Source: Candidatus Micrarchaeota archaeon
GTDB taxonomy: Archaea; Micrarchaeota; Micrarchaeia; Micrarchaeales; CABMGC01
Assembly (NCBI GenBank): GCA_028867435.1
Contig: JAGWGI010000005.1
Span: forward strand, 1 to 60,272
Length of the DNA: 60,272 nucleotides
Direction of reading: 5' to 3'
Under the pieces are notes generated by a model, which worked only from the letters and a program-made list of their open reading frames with translations, made no database searches and had not been told where the DNA came from. Below are positions 1 through 8,552 of the stretch, in pieces; the first letter of the stretch is position 1, and each line of letters begins with the position of its first letter. Made by a program: the position numbers and the translations under genes.

Positions 1-1852
1 ACTAGCGGTGAGCAGGCGTCACCCGCTGTACTAAGCCTTACGGCTTTGCGGCGAGTTGTGTTTTTGATAAACAGTCGCTGTCCCCGAGTTAATGCTATCT
101 GCTCTTACTAAGTGCAGACATGGCTTATTGAAAACTTACGCCACTAACTTGCCGATTTCCCTAACCTTGGTTCTTCCCACACCCCTTGGCCTTTTCAGCC
201 AGCAGCACCTGTACTGGATCTAGGTACGGATTGACACGATCGTTGTTGATTCCCTTTTCACGGGCTCAGGAATTCAGGTATTTTAGTTCATTTAGCTGCT
301 TCTCCTCATAATGAGACTCCACAGCCATTTGCACTTCTTTTCAACCCTATCCCCAAGCGTCAGAAATCAACCTTGTGTTGCCACGCCTACGTGTCAAGCT
401 CCAGAATATTAACTGGATACCCTTTTGTACGCTAGTAATTAGCTGCGTACTTAGGACCGGCTAACTCCCCGCTGACAATCATTGCGAGGAAAACCTTGTG
501 CTTCCGGGGTAATTGATTCTCACAATTATATGCTATTACTAACACCAGGATTTTCTCAACTACACAGTCCATAGGATCGCAAGACCCTACTTCTAGCCGT
601 GTAGCACGCCCTCTTACCAGTACATTTAAACTCTAAGGTCTCGGTACATGATTTAGCCCCGTCCATTTTCGGAGAAGACACTCTCAATCGGTACGCTATT
701 ACGCGTTTTTTAAAGGGTGGCTGCTTCTGAGCCTACCTCCCGACTGTCTACGAGCATCTCCTCGTTTGATACACTTAATCACGATTTAGGGACCTTAACC
801 TTAGTCACCGACTTTACGGTCTCGTCGCACTAGCTTACCCAATGCGGCCGACTCCCGGAGTCTACGCAGCATATGCATTCGGAGTTTGACGGGAGGGAAG
901 AGCCTTTCGACTCCGCGCCCTCTAATCGGTCGCTCTACCGCATATGCAAGCTCGTCCGGAGCTATCCTAAAGATACTTCAGAGGGGACCCGCTATTGCCA
1001 TGTTCGAATGGTCTATCGCCCCTACCCGCAGCTCGCCCAACAGGACATGCCATGACAGGTTGCGGACCTCCAGCGAACATCAATTCGCCTTCGTCCTGGC
1101 CGCGCGTAGATCACAATGGCTTCGGGTCGTATAGTAGTGACTTAGGCACTTTCGTGCCCTGCGCCTCCTTGCGTGCGCGCACTCGCTTTCACTTCGCAGT
1201 AAAACTGCTTGCCACTCCAATACACTCCCTGGCTCTTGCTTCAAGAAGAAGGACAAAACACTGGTAGCACATGTCGCTTGTACCTTTCGATACTTCGCTT
1301 CCATATGCGTCAACCCTTCCATGCCTTGTCTTCTTGTAACCACCTAGTTTCAGATCTTTTCGCTCCCACGCGTGTGGGTGCTTTTCAGCTTTCGTTCGCA
1401 CTACTTGTTCACTATCGGTCTCTGGTCAATATTTAGGGTTGGGATTTAATGATCCCGTATTCGTTCGACGTATTAAGGCCGAACTACTCATACACGACAC
1501 AACTTGGCGCACTTATCCTACGAGGCTGTCACTCTCTATGGCGGTTCTTTCCAGAACCTTCGGATCATGCATCAAGCCTAAAAGTCGCACCACATCTCCG
1601 CACCAATTGCTTGGGGGATTCAGTTTGCCCTCTTCCGGTTTCACTCGCGTTACTTACGGAATCGATTTTCTTTCTTCTCCTGCGGGTACTAAGATATTTC
1701 AATTCCCCGCGTATGCGTGCGCCACTATTCATGGCGCATAATTCGGCAATCCCGGGTTCAAAGGTCGACATGCACCTACCCCGGGCTTTTCGCAGCTTGC
1801 CACGGCCTTCTTCGCTACCAGAGCCTAGCCATCCACTAGGTGGCTTATAATA
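1..1852 (-). rRNA. rrl: 23S rRNA, 5' portion (runs off the left edge of the window)
   Basis: Reverse complement carries conserved LSU motifs: AAGCCACCTAGTGGATGGCTAGGCTC near the 5' end, GAAATATCTTAGTACC, GACCGATAGTGAACAAGTA, GTTAATATTC, CCGTACC...CAGGTG, ACTGTTTATCAAAAACACA. The 5' end is approximate. Confidence 0.97.
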
Positions 1853-2022
1853 TGCAAGCTCACTTCTCCTCGAATCAATAGCCTATATGGCTATCTCACA
1901 AGTGCAAAACTGGTTGGCGTATTCTAAGATAGATACTTTTCACAAAGCGAAAGCTCTCGAGTATTACCCCTAGAAAGCTCAACCGGACATCAAAGCACTG
2001 ACAACTTATTAGGTAGGGAAGG

Positions 2023-2030
2023 TTTATATA
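2023..2030 (-). promoter_or_regulatory. TATA box of the stand-alone 23S transcription unit
   Basis: TATATAAA on the minus strand, preceded by an A-rich BRE-like run, ~170 nt upstream of the mature 23S 5' end; no 16S upstream. Confidence 0.6.
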
Positions 2031-2106
2031 CGTTTTATTTGAAGCGGGAATGCCATTATCCGCCCCTCTATCACTGCACTCTTCTCTCTCCCTAGCTTGT
2101 TGCGGA

Positions 2107-2567
2107 TCATTTCCTGTGGCTATCTGCAAGGAGCTTTGCCATCTCCCAAAACCTCTCCATTGTTTTGGCATCTCCAAGCTTCTTCTCTAGCCTATCACTG
2201 TGGACAATCTCGAACTCGTAGAGCTTGTAGACTGTATCATAATCAGTGATTATGTTCATGACTACCCTTTCCAGATCAGGCAATCTGTCGGGGTTGAGAT
2301 CTCCCTTGTAGTTTCTTTTCGTCTCCTCATGTGTGTATTTTGTGCTCACAGAAAATAGGACCTCGTTCCTGGAAAGGTTCTCGCCGTCCTCTACCTTGAT
2401 ATCTAAACTGTCGGCGTAGGGTCCCGTCAGCCTCCTTGCAATCCTCTCCCTCCAATTGGGTCCCTAAGCAGGAAGGCACCGTATTTGTCCTCGACCACCT
2501 TGAAGTGCAGGAAAACTATCTGCCCTGGTTTCTCTTCGACCACCTTAGCCTTCAGCGAGTTCCCCAT
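2107..2567 (-). pseudogene. hypothetical protein (~153 aa) split by a 1-nt frameshift near 2458-2464
   Basis: ATG at 2567 reads MGNSLKAKVVEEKPGQIVFLHFKVVEDKYGAFLLRD, then continues in another frame PNWRERIARRLTGPYADSLDIK...MAKLLADSHRK*; one extra C in GACCC restores a single ORF. Confidence 0.6.
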
Positions 2568-2612
2568 AATTAAATCCAAAATGTTACCACTAAATAGCTA
2601 ATCTCCAACTAG

Positions 2613-3260
2613 TCAAGGTCTACTCAAATCATGGAAGACAAAATCCCTGTCATATTCGTCGAATCCCAAGGGACACAGGCCGCTCTCATACATCCTTATC
2701 AGTGGCTCAAAAGGATTATCGACAGTCAGCCTGTCTCCGTAATACTTCTCGAACTGGTATCCGCTGCAATACTTGATATCCTGTAATTTTACGCGAATTT
2801 GCATCATCACATCAGGGCTCTCAATGACCCTCCTCACCGCCTCGAACTTAGCATAATCCATGAAATCAAGTGCGAATCGGCTTGCCGCACTCACTCCAAC
2901 GCCTGTTATCGGCGTTTTTGCAAACGCGCCAAGCGAACTAGCTTTTTCATATGCCTTGCTGCCCGCTTCCCCTGCCAATTCCTTGAACTGTTTGGCTATT
3001 CCGGAATGCAGCGCAACATCGGTTATCAGGCTCCTAAATGTTGCCCGAGCCTGCGAGAGGTTTTGGGTAAGCTCAGGGTACGAATAGCTTATATACCGGA
3101 ATTTATCTAGCCTGTAGCGATATGCCTCAACAAGCCTGTCCCTTTCTTTGACAAAGCCCTCCGCATGTCCGCAGTTCCCGAGCTGCGAAAACAGCTCTAT
3201 CCTCTCTATTCTGTCAAGTACCAATGCTTCGACTTCCCTTGATGCCCGCCTCTTTTCCAT
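2613..3260 (-). CDS. hypothetical protein, tandem paralogue of 3270-3992
   Basis: 215 aa ORF; shares RIERIELFSQ / KIGQIDFFSQ and NPFEPLIRMYESGLCPLGFD / NPYGNILGLYELGAAPAGFD with its neighbour. Confidence 0.75.
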   Translation of the reverse strand: MEKRRASREVEALVLDRIERIELFSQLGNCGHAEGFVKERDRLVEAYRYRLDKFRYISYSYPELTQNLSQARATFRSLITDVALHSGIAKQFKELAGEAGSKAYEKASSLGAFAKTPITGVGVSAASRFALDFMDYAKFEAVRRVIESPDVMMQIRVKLQDIKYCSGYQFEKYYGDRLTVDNPFEPLIRMYESGLCPLGFDEYDRDFVFHDLSRP

Positions 3261-3274
3261 TCCATGGCATCACG
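3253..3274. repeat. 22-bp exact direct repeat, copy 1 (TTTTCCATTCCATGGCATCACG)
   Basis: Identical to 3985-4006; spans the start codon region of each paralogue. Confidence 0.9.
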
Positions 3275-3992
3275 CTCTTACACTTATGGCGATCTCCTCG
3301 GGTAAGACCACTCCTTCAGCCGGGAATTCGGACGGCACGTACCGTCTCTTCTCCTTGGCTATCTGCGCCCTAGTGCGCCTCTCAGTCAGTATGTAGCCTG
3401 TTTCCTGGTGCATGTACACAAAGATACATTCCCTTCCGTTCTCGCTCACCCCAGGGAAATTCACCACATGCCTGCCCTTTACGTCAAAACCCGCAGGCGC
3501 AGCTCCAAGTTCGTAGAGCCCCAGTATGTTCCCGTACGGGTTTGCCGCCTGCAGCTCGCCATTCATGAATTCGAACGCAGCGAAGTGCTCTGCGTGGTAG
3601 GCTGCATCAGAGGCCGGCTCCCTTTCCTGGAATCCAACGGCGCCCTCAAGCCTCTTTCCAAAAGGTCTGCTCGAAGCCTTATCAAAGGTCTTCTTTCTCA
3701 CAAGCTCCTTTAGCCTGAGGAAGACCTCACTCTTACCTATCTTTGCGGCGGCCTCTGTCAGCTCTATTTGCAATGCAGTAGAGGCGAAGATGAAAGATAT
3801 CTTCTGGCCTGTATCCGGACTAGTAGGCCTGAAGGCATCAATCTCCCTTTGGTATCCACTAACGAGCCTGTTTATCTCGCCAGCTATGCCCTGCAATTCC
3901 CTATATGTTCTGCGCTGTGAAAAAAAGTCTATCTGCCCGATTTTCCCGAGCGTATCGACTCTAGTCTGTCGGTAGCCCTTCGCGTTTTCCAT
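3270..3992 (-). CDS. hypothetical protein, tandem paralogue of 2613-3260
   Basis: 240 aa ORF with the shared motifs above. Confidence 0.75.
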   Translation of the reverse strand: MENAKGYRQTRVDTLGKIGQIDFFSQRRTYRELQGIAGEINRLVSGYQREIDAFRPTSPDTGQKISFIFASTALQIELTEAAAKIGKSEVFLRLKELVRKKTFDKASSRPFGKRLEGAVGFQEREPASDAAYHAEHFAAFEFMNGELQAANPYGNILGLYELGAAPAGFDVKGRHVVNFPGVSENGRECIFVYMHQETGYILTERRTRAQIAKEKRRYVPSEFPAEGVVLPEEIAISVRA

Positions 3993-4006
3993 TCCATGGC
4001 ATCACG
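3985..4006. repeat. 22-bp exact direct repeat, copy 2
   Basis: Identical to 3253-3274. Confidence 0.9.
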
Positions 4007-4112
4007 TTACCATCTTTATGCAGCTAGGGGTATTTTAATCTATCCTACAGGTTTGTACTCTTAACGGCGTTAGTTCTTTATACCCCTAAAGACCATTCAT
4101 CTAGGTGCCCCA

Positions 4113-4622
4113 TTGGACGAGGAAAGGTACATCTCATACATAGAGAGTTTTTTGATACCAAAGGAGAAGGTGGAGCTGATAGTGAAGCAGACTAGGTGGT
4201 GGCCTGCCGTCCCGTTCAACTCAATCTTCAAGCCCATAATAACCTTCATAACCAATGAGCGCGTGCTGATACTGAGCAGGCATGATCTTGGTTTAAAGCG
4301 CAATGTCACTATAATACCCCTTGCCCACGTGCGGGCCATCAGGCTTCAGAAGGGGCTTATTCTCTGTTCTGTTGTCATAGGCTACATGGCTGAGATAATG
4401 GAGGAAAAGCCAGGCAGCCTCGACGGCCTTACGTACTCTAGCGCAAAGGCGTTCGTCGAGCACATGAGCATCAAGCTCTCTGAAGAGGCTGAATCTGTGA
4501 GATCCAGGAGAAAGCCGATCTTCAAGGAGGAGGAAGGGAAGAAGTGCGAGACCTGTGGTGAGATAAACGATCCGGCATACGATTATTGCTACCATTGCGG
4601 GGCTAGACTATATAGCCACTAG
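4113..4622 (+). CDS. bacterial-PH-like domain protein with C-terminal zinc ribbon
   Basis: ITNERVLI...IPLAHVRAIRLQKGL is bPH-like; CETCG...CYHCG ribbon; TTG start. Confidence 0.65.
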   Translation: MDEERYISYIESFLIPKEKVELIVKQTRWWPAVPFNSIFKPIITFITNERVLILSRHDLGLKRNVTIIPLAHVRAIRLQKGLILCSVVIGYMAEIMEEKPGSLDGLTYSSAKAFVEHMSIKLSEEAESVRSRRKPIFKEEEGKKCETCGEINDPAYDYCYHCGARLYSH

Positions 4623-4625
4623 CGC

Positions 4626-4919
4626 CTAGGCCGCCTCCCTTTCCATGTCCGCAAGCTGCTTTCGCAAATCCTCTAGATGGGTCTCGGCAAAGAGCATGCC
4701 AAGAAGCTCCTCCGCCTTGTCATCACTCTCAATGAAATCCTTGATTGCCTTTTTAGGCATCGCCCTGTTGCTGCCCTTGTCCTGGAAAACAAAGCCGTTG
4801 CGGAACCAGAACTCATCGATCTTCCCTAGCCCTAAATTCCTGATCCTGCCAATGAGCTCCGAAATCTCCCTCTTGGTGATACTGTCGTCAAACTCGTTTA
4901 CAATAGTTGGCTCTTCCAT
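4626..4919 (-). CDS. hypothetical protein
   Basis: 97 aa ORF; ATG ~25 nt downstream of a TTTAAA box near 4942. Confidence 0.55.
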   Translation of the reverse strand: MEEPTIVNEFDDSITKREISELIGRIRNLGLGKIDEFWFRNGFVFQDKGSNRAMPKKAIKDFIESDDKAEELLGMLFAETHLEDLRKQLADMEREAA

Positions 4920-4981
4920 CAGACTATTCTTGTAGATGGACTTTAAATAATCCTACAGTCAAAATTGGATTGGGAGTTAGC

Positions 4982-5182
4982 ATGCAGATCATACCAGACC
5001 ACACACCGACCAACGCAATGCAGTTATCAGATAACGTTGATTGGATGATAAAGAAGCTGCGCAGGAACAGGGACGAGCTAATCAGGTTCAAAGTGGCGGA
5101 GATGGCGGCAAAAATGCTTCCCCGGCGCATGAACCACTCGCAGAGGATAAGGTTGCGCAGCAGGAGCTTTGCTGCAAACTAG
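4982..5182 (+). CDS. small basic hypothetical protein
   Basis: ATG at 4982 preceded by GGGAG; 66 aa, Arg/Lys-rich. Confidence 0.45.
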   Translation: MQIIPDHTPTNAMQLSDNVDWMIKKLRRNRDELIRFKVAEMAAKMLPRRMNHSQRIRLRSRSFAAN

Positions 5183-5194
5183 CTTTGTTTGGAT

Positions 5195-5254
5195 AAAAAG
5201 AAGGGAAGTATGGCAGGGATTAGGTGGGGACCAAAAACGCGAGCCATACTTCTT
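5195..5254 (-). ncRNA. candidate hairpin small RNA
   Basis: TTTAAA at 5282-5277, TA initiator at 5255/5254, perfect 10-bp stem GAAGUAUGGC (5252-5243)/GCCAUACUUC (5214-5205), 28-nt loop containing UGGUCCCCACCU, then CCUUCUUUUU. Confidence 0.5.
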
Positions 5255-5297
5255 ATACTACTGTATGTTTTTGAGATTTAAATACCTGTTGCTTATA

Positions 5298-5328
5298 AAC
5301 AAAATTAGTAATGCTTTTTGTTATTTTG
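5298..5328 (-). promoter_or_regulatory. putative operator CAAAATAACA-N17-TGTT upstream of the candidate sRNA TATA box
   Basis: Same half-site and spacing as 6431-6461. Confidence 0.5.
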
Positions 5329-5360
5329 TAAGATTCTTTCGACTGCAAGAATGGTAAAAT

Positions 5361-6395
5361 TTACCTGGTCGGAGTCCACTTTATGGTGTTGTAGACCTTC
5401 CTTGTGTCAAGGCTCCTAATTGGCAAATTTCCAACCAGCACCTCCTCTATCGCTCCATATGTGACCTTGGGCTTTTCGTTCGCCATGCACTTCTTGTAAT
5501 ACCTCACCCCGTTTCTATACGCCTGGTCAAGGTTGTCGAAAGCACCTATCGAGAAGAAGTCGAAGCTCCCCACCAGCTGGGATACGAGTATGTACCTGCT
5601 GACCAGCGAGTTCTCGTCATCAGCCTGGAATGCCTTTCTGCTCATCGCCGCATCCTCCTCAAAGCTTCTGGATATCACGTACTTTCCGAAGGTTGACATG
5701 AACCAGACGTTCTCCGGGGGCTTCATGACGGTGGTGAAACGCCTTATGTAGTTCATGCCCTCGAGCTTCTTGAAGTTGTATGCCACGGTGTTGAAGTGCA
5801 TGCCTAGCTGCCTCGAGAGCTCCTGGAAAGAGGCCCTGGAGTTAGTGTTTAGGATCTTTATCATCTCCTTGTATTTTATGGGCAGATTCAGCCTTTCAAG
5901 CAGCTCGTTTCTTAGCGGGAAGAATCCGAGCTGCCTGTGTGCAACCTCCGAGGCCTGCCATGACACCCCGTAATCCGCAAGCAGTATCTGCATGCTCTTA
6001 TCCCAATGTACGTATTCCTGCCTTGAGACCGCATTGGCGTATATAATCATCTCCCGCCCTCCCCTTAGGGATGCGACAAGCTGCGGCACATAAGAGCCAG
6101 AAAAGATCTCCTTTATGTACTTGTAGTCAGGTCTAGAGCTAAACCTCACAAGTATCAGGTGCGGATCAAGGAATCCCAGAGCATCCTCGTTGAGCTCGAG
6201 TGTGTATCCTATTCCAAGCTCCTTCTCCATCTTCTGCACCCTTTCGACCACCGACTGCCTGGAGAGGCCAAGGCTGCGCGAGATGCCAGATATGGAGCTG
6301 CGCGAATCTTCGGAGAGCATGCGCAGTATCCTTCTTGAAACCAGGCTGTATCTTTCGTTGAAATCGCTCCTAAACTCGTAATCTATCTGCTTCAT
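5361..6395 (-). CDS. Lrp/AsnC-family regulator with two tandem wHTH + ligand-binding modules
   Basis: RILRMLSEDSRSSISGISRSLGLSRQSVVERVQKME and MIKILNTNSRASFQELSRQLGMHFNTVAYNFKKLE. Confidence 0.85.
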   Translation of the reverse strand: MKQIDYEFRSDFNERYSLVSRRILRMLSEDSRSSISGISRSLGLSRQSVVERVQKMEKELGIGYTLELNEDALGFLDPHLILVRFSSRPDYKYIKEIFSGSYVPQLVASLRGGREMIIYANAVSRQEYVHWDKSMQILLADYGVSWQASEVAHRQLGFFPLRNELLERLNLPIKYKEMIKILNTNSRASFQELSRQLGMHFNTVAYNFKKLEGMNYIRRFTTVMKPPENVWFMSTFGKYVISRSFEEDAAMSRKAFQADDENSLVSRYILVSQLVGSFDFFSIGAFDNLDQAYRNGVRYYKKCMANEKPKVTYGAIEEVLVGNLPIRSLDTRKVYNTIKWTPTR

Positions 6396-6430
6396 GATTT
6401 TACTGCTCGGCCATTATATTTAGCTCTTTG

Positions 6431-6466
6431 CAAAATAACAATCTTTTTAGTAAAAACTGTTATTTT
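6431..6466. promoter_or_regulatory. palindromic operator between the regulator and the DMT transporter
   Basis: AAAATAACA (6432-6440) ... TGTTATTTT (6458-6466) with inner TTTTTA-G-TAAAAA symmetry; TTTAAA at 6475-6480. Confidence 0.6.
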
Positions 6467-6510
6467 TCGAGCAGTTTAAAAGGATGCGCTGAGATGTCAG
6501 TTCGAGCAGC

Positions 6511-7755
6511 ATGAAGATAACCACCAGGGCATATTCTTACATCATAATCTCGCTTTTGACTGGCGCGATGATGCCTATAATGCTGGTCTTTGCAAGATCC
6601 ATGAACATATACGAGTTCTTCATGTTCACGTACCTGATGAGCATGCCTTTTGCTTTGCTTCTCCCTAGCCTGACTAGGCAGCCAAACGAGCTGCGCTCAT
6701 ATCTTGGCGACCCCAAGAAGCTGGGGATAGCAGTTGCAGTAGGCCTTCTCAACTACGTTCCTATAGGCTTTGTGATACTCTACGCAGAGCACTCCGTAAG
6801 CGCCTCGCTCTCTGCAGTGGTCTTTAGGACCTTCCCGTTGCTGATGTTAATCTTCCTTCCCGCATTTCTAAAGGAGAAGCTGAGTGCAAAGCAGATAATA
6901 GCCCTCCTGCTCGCCTTCGCCGGAGTCTATATCGCGCTGAGCGCAGGCAGCGCTGGAGGCATACTTGCAAACCCAAACATATACGTGATAGCGCTGCTCG
7001 TAGCCTCCGCCTTCGCGTATGGCTTCTCTAGCATACTGGCAAAGAAGTACGTTTTCAACATCGGGGGCGGGATCGCAATCTTCAATCTCGCCGCATTCCT
7101 GCTCTTCTCCTCACTCTTTGTTATCACCGGTGCACACTTCTCGCCGATAAGCCTTGGCGCGATAGTGGCGATGCTTTTCATCAGCACAGCAAACAACATA
7201 ATAGGCACATACATGTACTACTCCGCGCTCAGGGTGCTCAAGACGACGCTAGTGACCAACATCTACTTCCTCTCTCCGTTCCTCACATTTCTCTTCGCCT
7301 TCCTGATACTCGGCGAGCCGATACTGCCGTACTACTTGGCAATTGCCGGTCTTGTAGCTCTTGGCCTGCTGATACAGAGAACCGACAAGCTTGGCGGCAC
7401 GTACGCACAGGGCAAGCACGCTGAACGCATAACAATATTTGACATAACCGGAGCATTCATCAACAGCGAGGAGCGCAAAATACGCGACGCGATACTAAAG
7501 GGGGGCAAGGTGCTGGCTATAAGGCTTGAGCTGCGTCAAAAAGAATGGGTTGAGAAGGCGATAGGGATGCAGGCCCACAGGCACGTTCATCTCTACACCC
7601 ATCTCCATTCTGCGATAAGGAGCGACGAGCTAACTTTCATAAGGGAGATAATGGGGATCACCCCAAAAGAGCTGGTGCTCATGAGTGCAGGGGACTCGGT
7701 TGAGTGCGAATCCGCGCTAAATGAGATAGCGGCAAGCGTGGCCCAAGCGCAGTGA
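6511..7755 (+). CDS. DMT/EamA family transporter with an extra C-terminal soluble domain
   Basis: ~10 TM segments in two EamA repeats (FLKEKLS, LILGEPI), then ~120 aa soluble tail. Confidence 0.85.
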   Translation: MKITTRAYSYIIISLLTGAMMPIMLVFARSMNIYEFFMFTYLMSMPFALLLPSLTRQPNELRSYLGDPKKLGIAVAVGLLNYVPIGFVILYAEHSVSASLSAVVFRTFPLLMLIFLPAFLKEKLSAKQIIALLLAFAGVYIALSAGSAGGILANPNIYVIALLVASAFAYGFSSILAKKYVFNIGGGIAIFNLAAFLLFSSLFVITGAHFSPISLGAIVAMLFISTANNIIGTYMYYSALRVLKTTLVTNIYFLSPFLTFLFAFLILGEPILPYYLAIAGLVALGLLIQRTDKLGGTYAQGKHAERITIFDITGAFINSEERKIRDAILKGGKVLAIRLELRQKEWVEKAIGMQAHRHVHLYTHLHSAIRSDELTFIREIMGITPKELVLMSAGDSVECESALNEIAASVAQAQ

Positions 7756-7832
7756 GCCAAACAAAGTTTATATTCTTGTTGCTGAATAAACTACCAATCA
7801 GGTTTAAATACATGAAAACCAGAGATTTTAGT

Positions 7833-8540
7833 ATGGCAATAGAAAAGGTTCCAAAGGCCATAGCGCTGATTCCTGATGGGAACAGGCGATGGGCACTAGG
7901 CCACAAGCTCTCCATGCTAAATGGCTACAGCCTGGGTGTCAAGAAGTTCATAGACTTCAGCGAGTGGTGCAAGGACTACGGGGTCAAAAATATCACAGTG
8001 TGGGCATTTTCCACCGAGAACTTCAAGCGTCCAAAGCGCGAGATAGACGCGCTCTTCAATATATATGAGAGGGCTGCAAAGGATCCGGAAATGCTCCAGA
8101 GGCTGCAAAGGAACCAGACCAAATTCAACGTAATAGGGGACAGGAGCCAGCTGCCAAAAGGTCTGCGCTCAGCGCTCGAGAGACTTGAAAGGGAGACCCG
8201 CAACTGCACCGACAGGGTAATCAACATGCTCATAGGTTATGGCGGCAAGGAGGACATACTCCACGCAGCAAAGGAGTACGCAAGATCTGTCATTAAGATA
8301 GGCAAGGTTTTCACGCTCACAGATTCAAGCTTCAAGAAGTACTTGCGCTCATATGCGATACCTGAGATAGACTTTGTTATAAGGACATCTAGCGAGGAGA
8401 GAATATCGGGATTCCTTCCCTGGCAAATAAGCTACTCAGAGCTGTACTTTGCCGACAAGCTCTGGCCAGATTTCTCAAGGGAGGACCTGAAGAAGGCGCT
8501 AGCCGAGTATGGCAGGCGCTCAAGGAGATTCGGAACCTAA
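7833..8540 (+). CDS. uppS: cis-prenyltransferase (undecaprenyl diphosphate synthase family)
   Basis: IPDGNRRWA, WAFSTENFKRP, GYGG, IRTSSEERISGFLPWQISYSELYF, LWPDF, RRFG; start chosen from TATA spacing. Confidence 0.95.
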   Translation: MAIEKVPKAIALIPDGNRRWALGHKLSMLNGYSLGVKKFIDFSEWCKDYGVKNITVWAFSTENFKRPKREIDALFNIYERAAKDPEMLQRLQRNQTKFNVIGDRSQLPKGLRSALERLERETRNCTDRVINMLIGYGGKEDILHAAKEYARSVIKIGKVFTLTDSSFKKYLRSYAIPEIDFVIRTSSEERISGFLPWQISYSELYFADKLWPDFSREDLKKALAEYGRRSRRFGT

Positions 8541-8552
8541 TCCAGGGTTTTT

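Noticed and set aside
873-1850. Several 60-133 aa ORFs
   Set aside because: They lie within the 23S rRNA gene and are chance frames
5361-6395. Siroheme decarboxylase (AhbA/B, NirDL), which also has tandem Lrp-like modules
   Set aside because: No HxYxR motifs and no heme-biosynthesis neighbours; context fits a regulator
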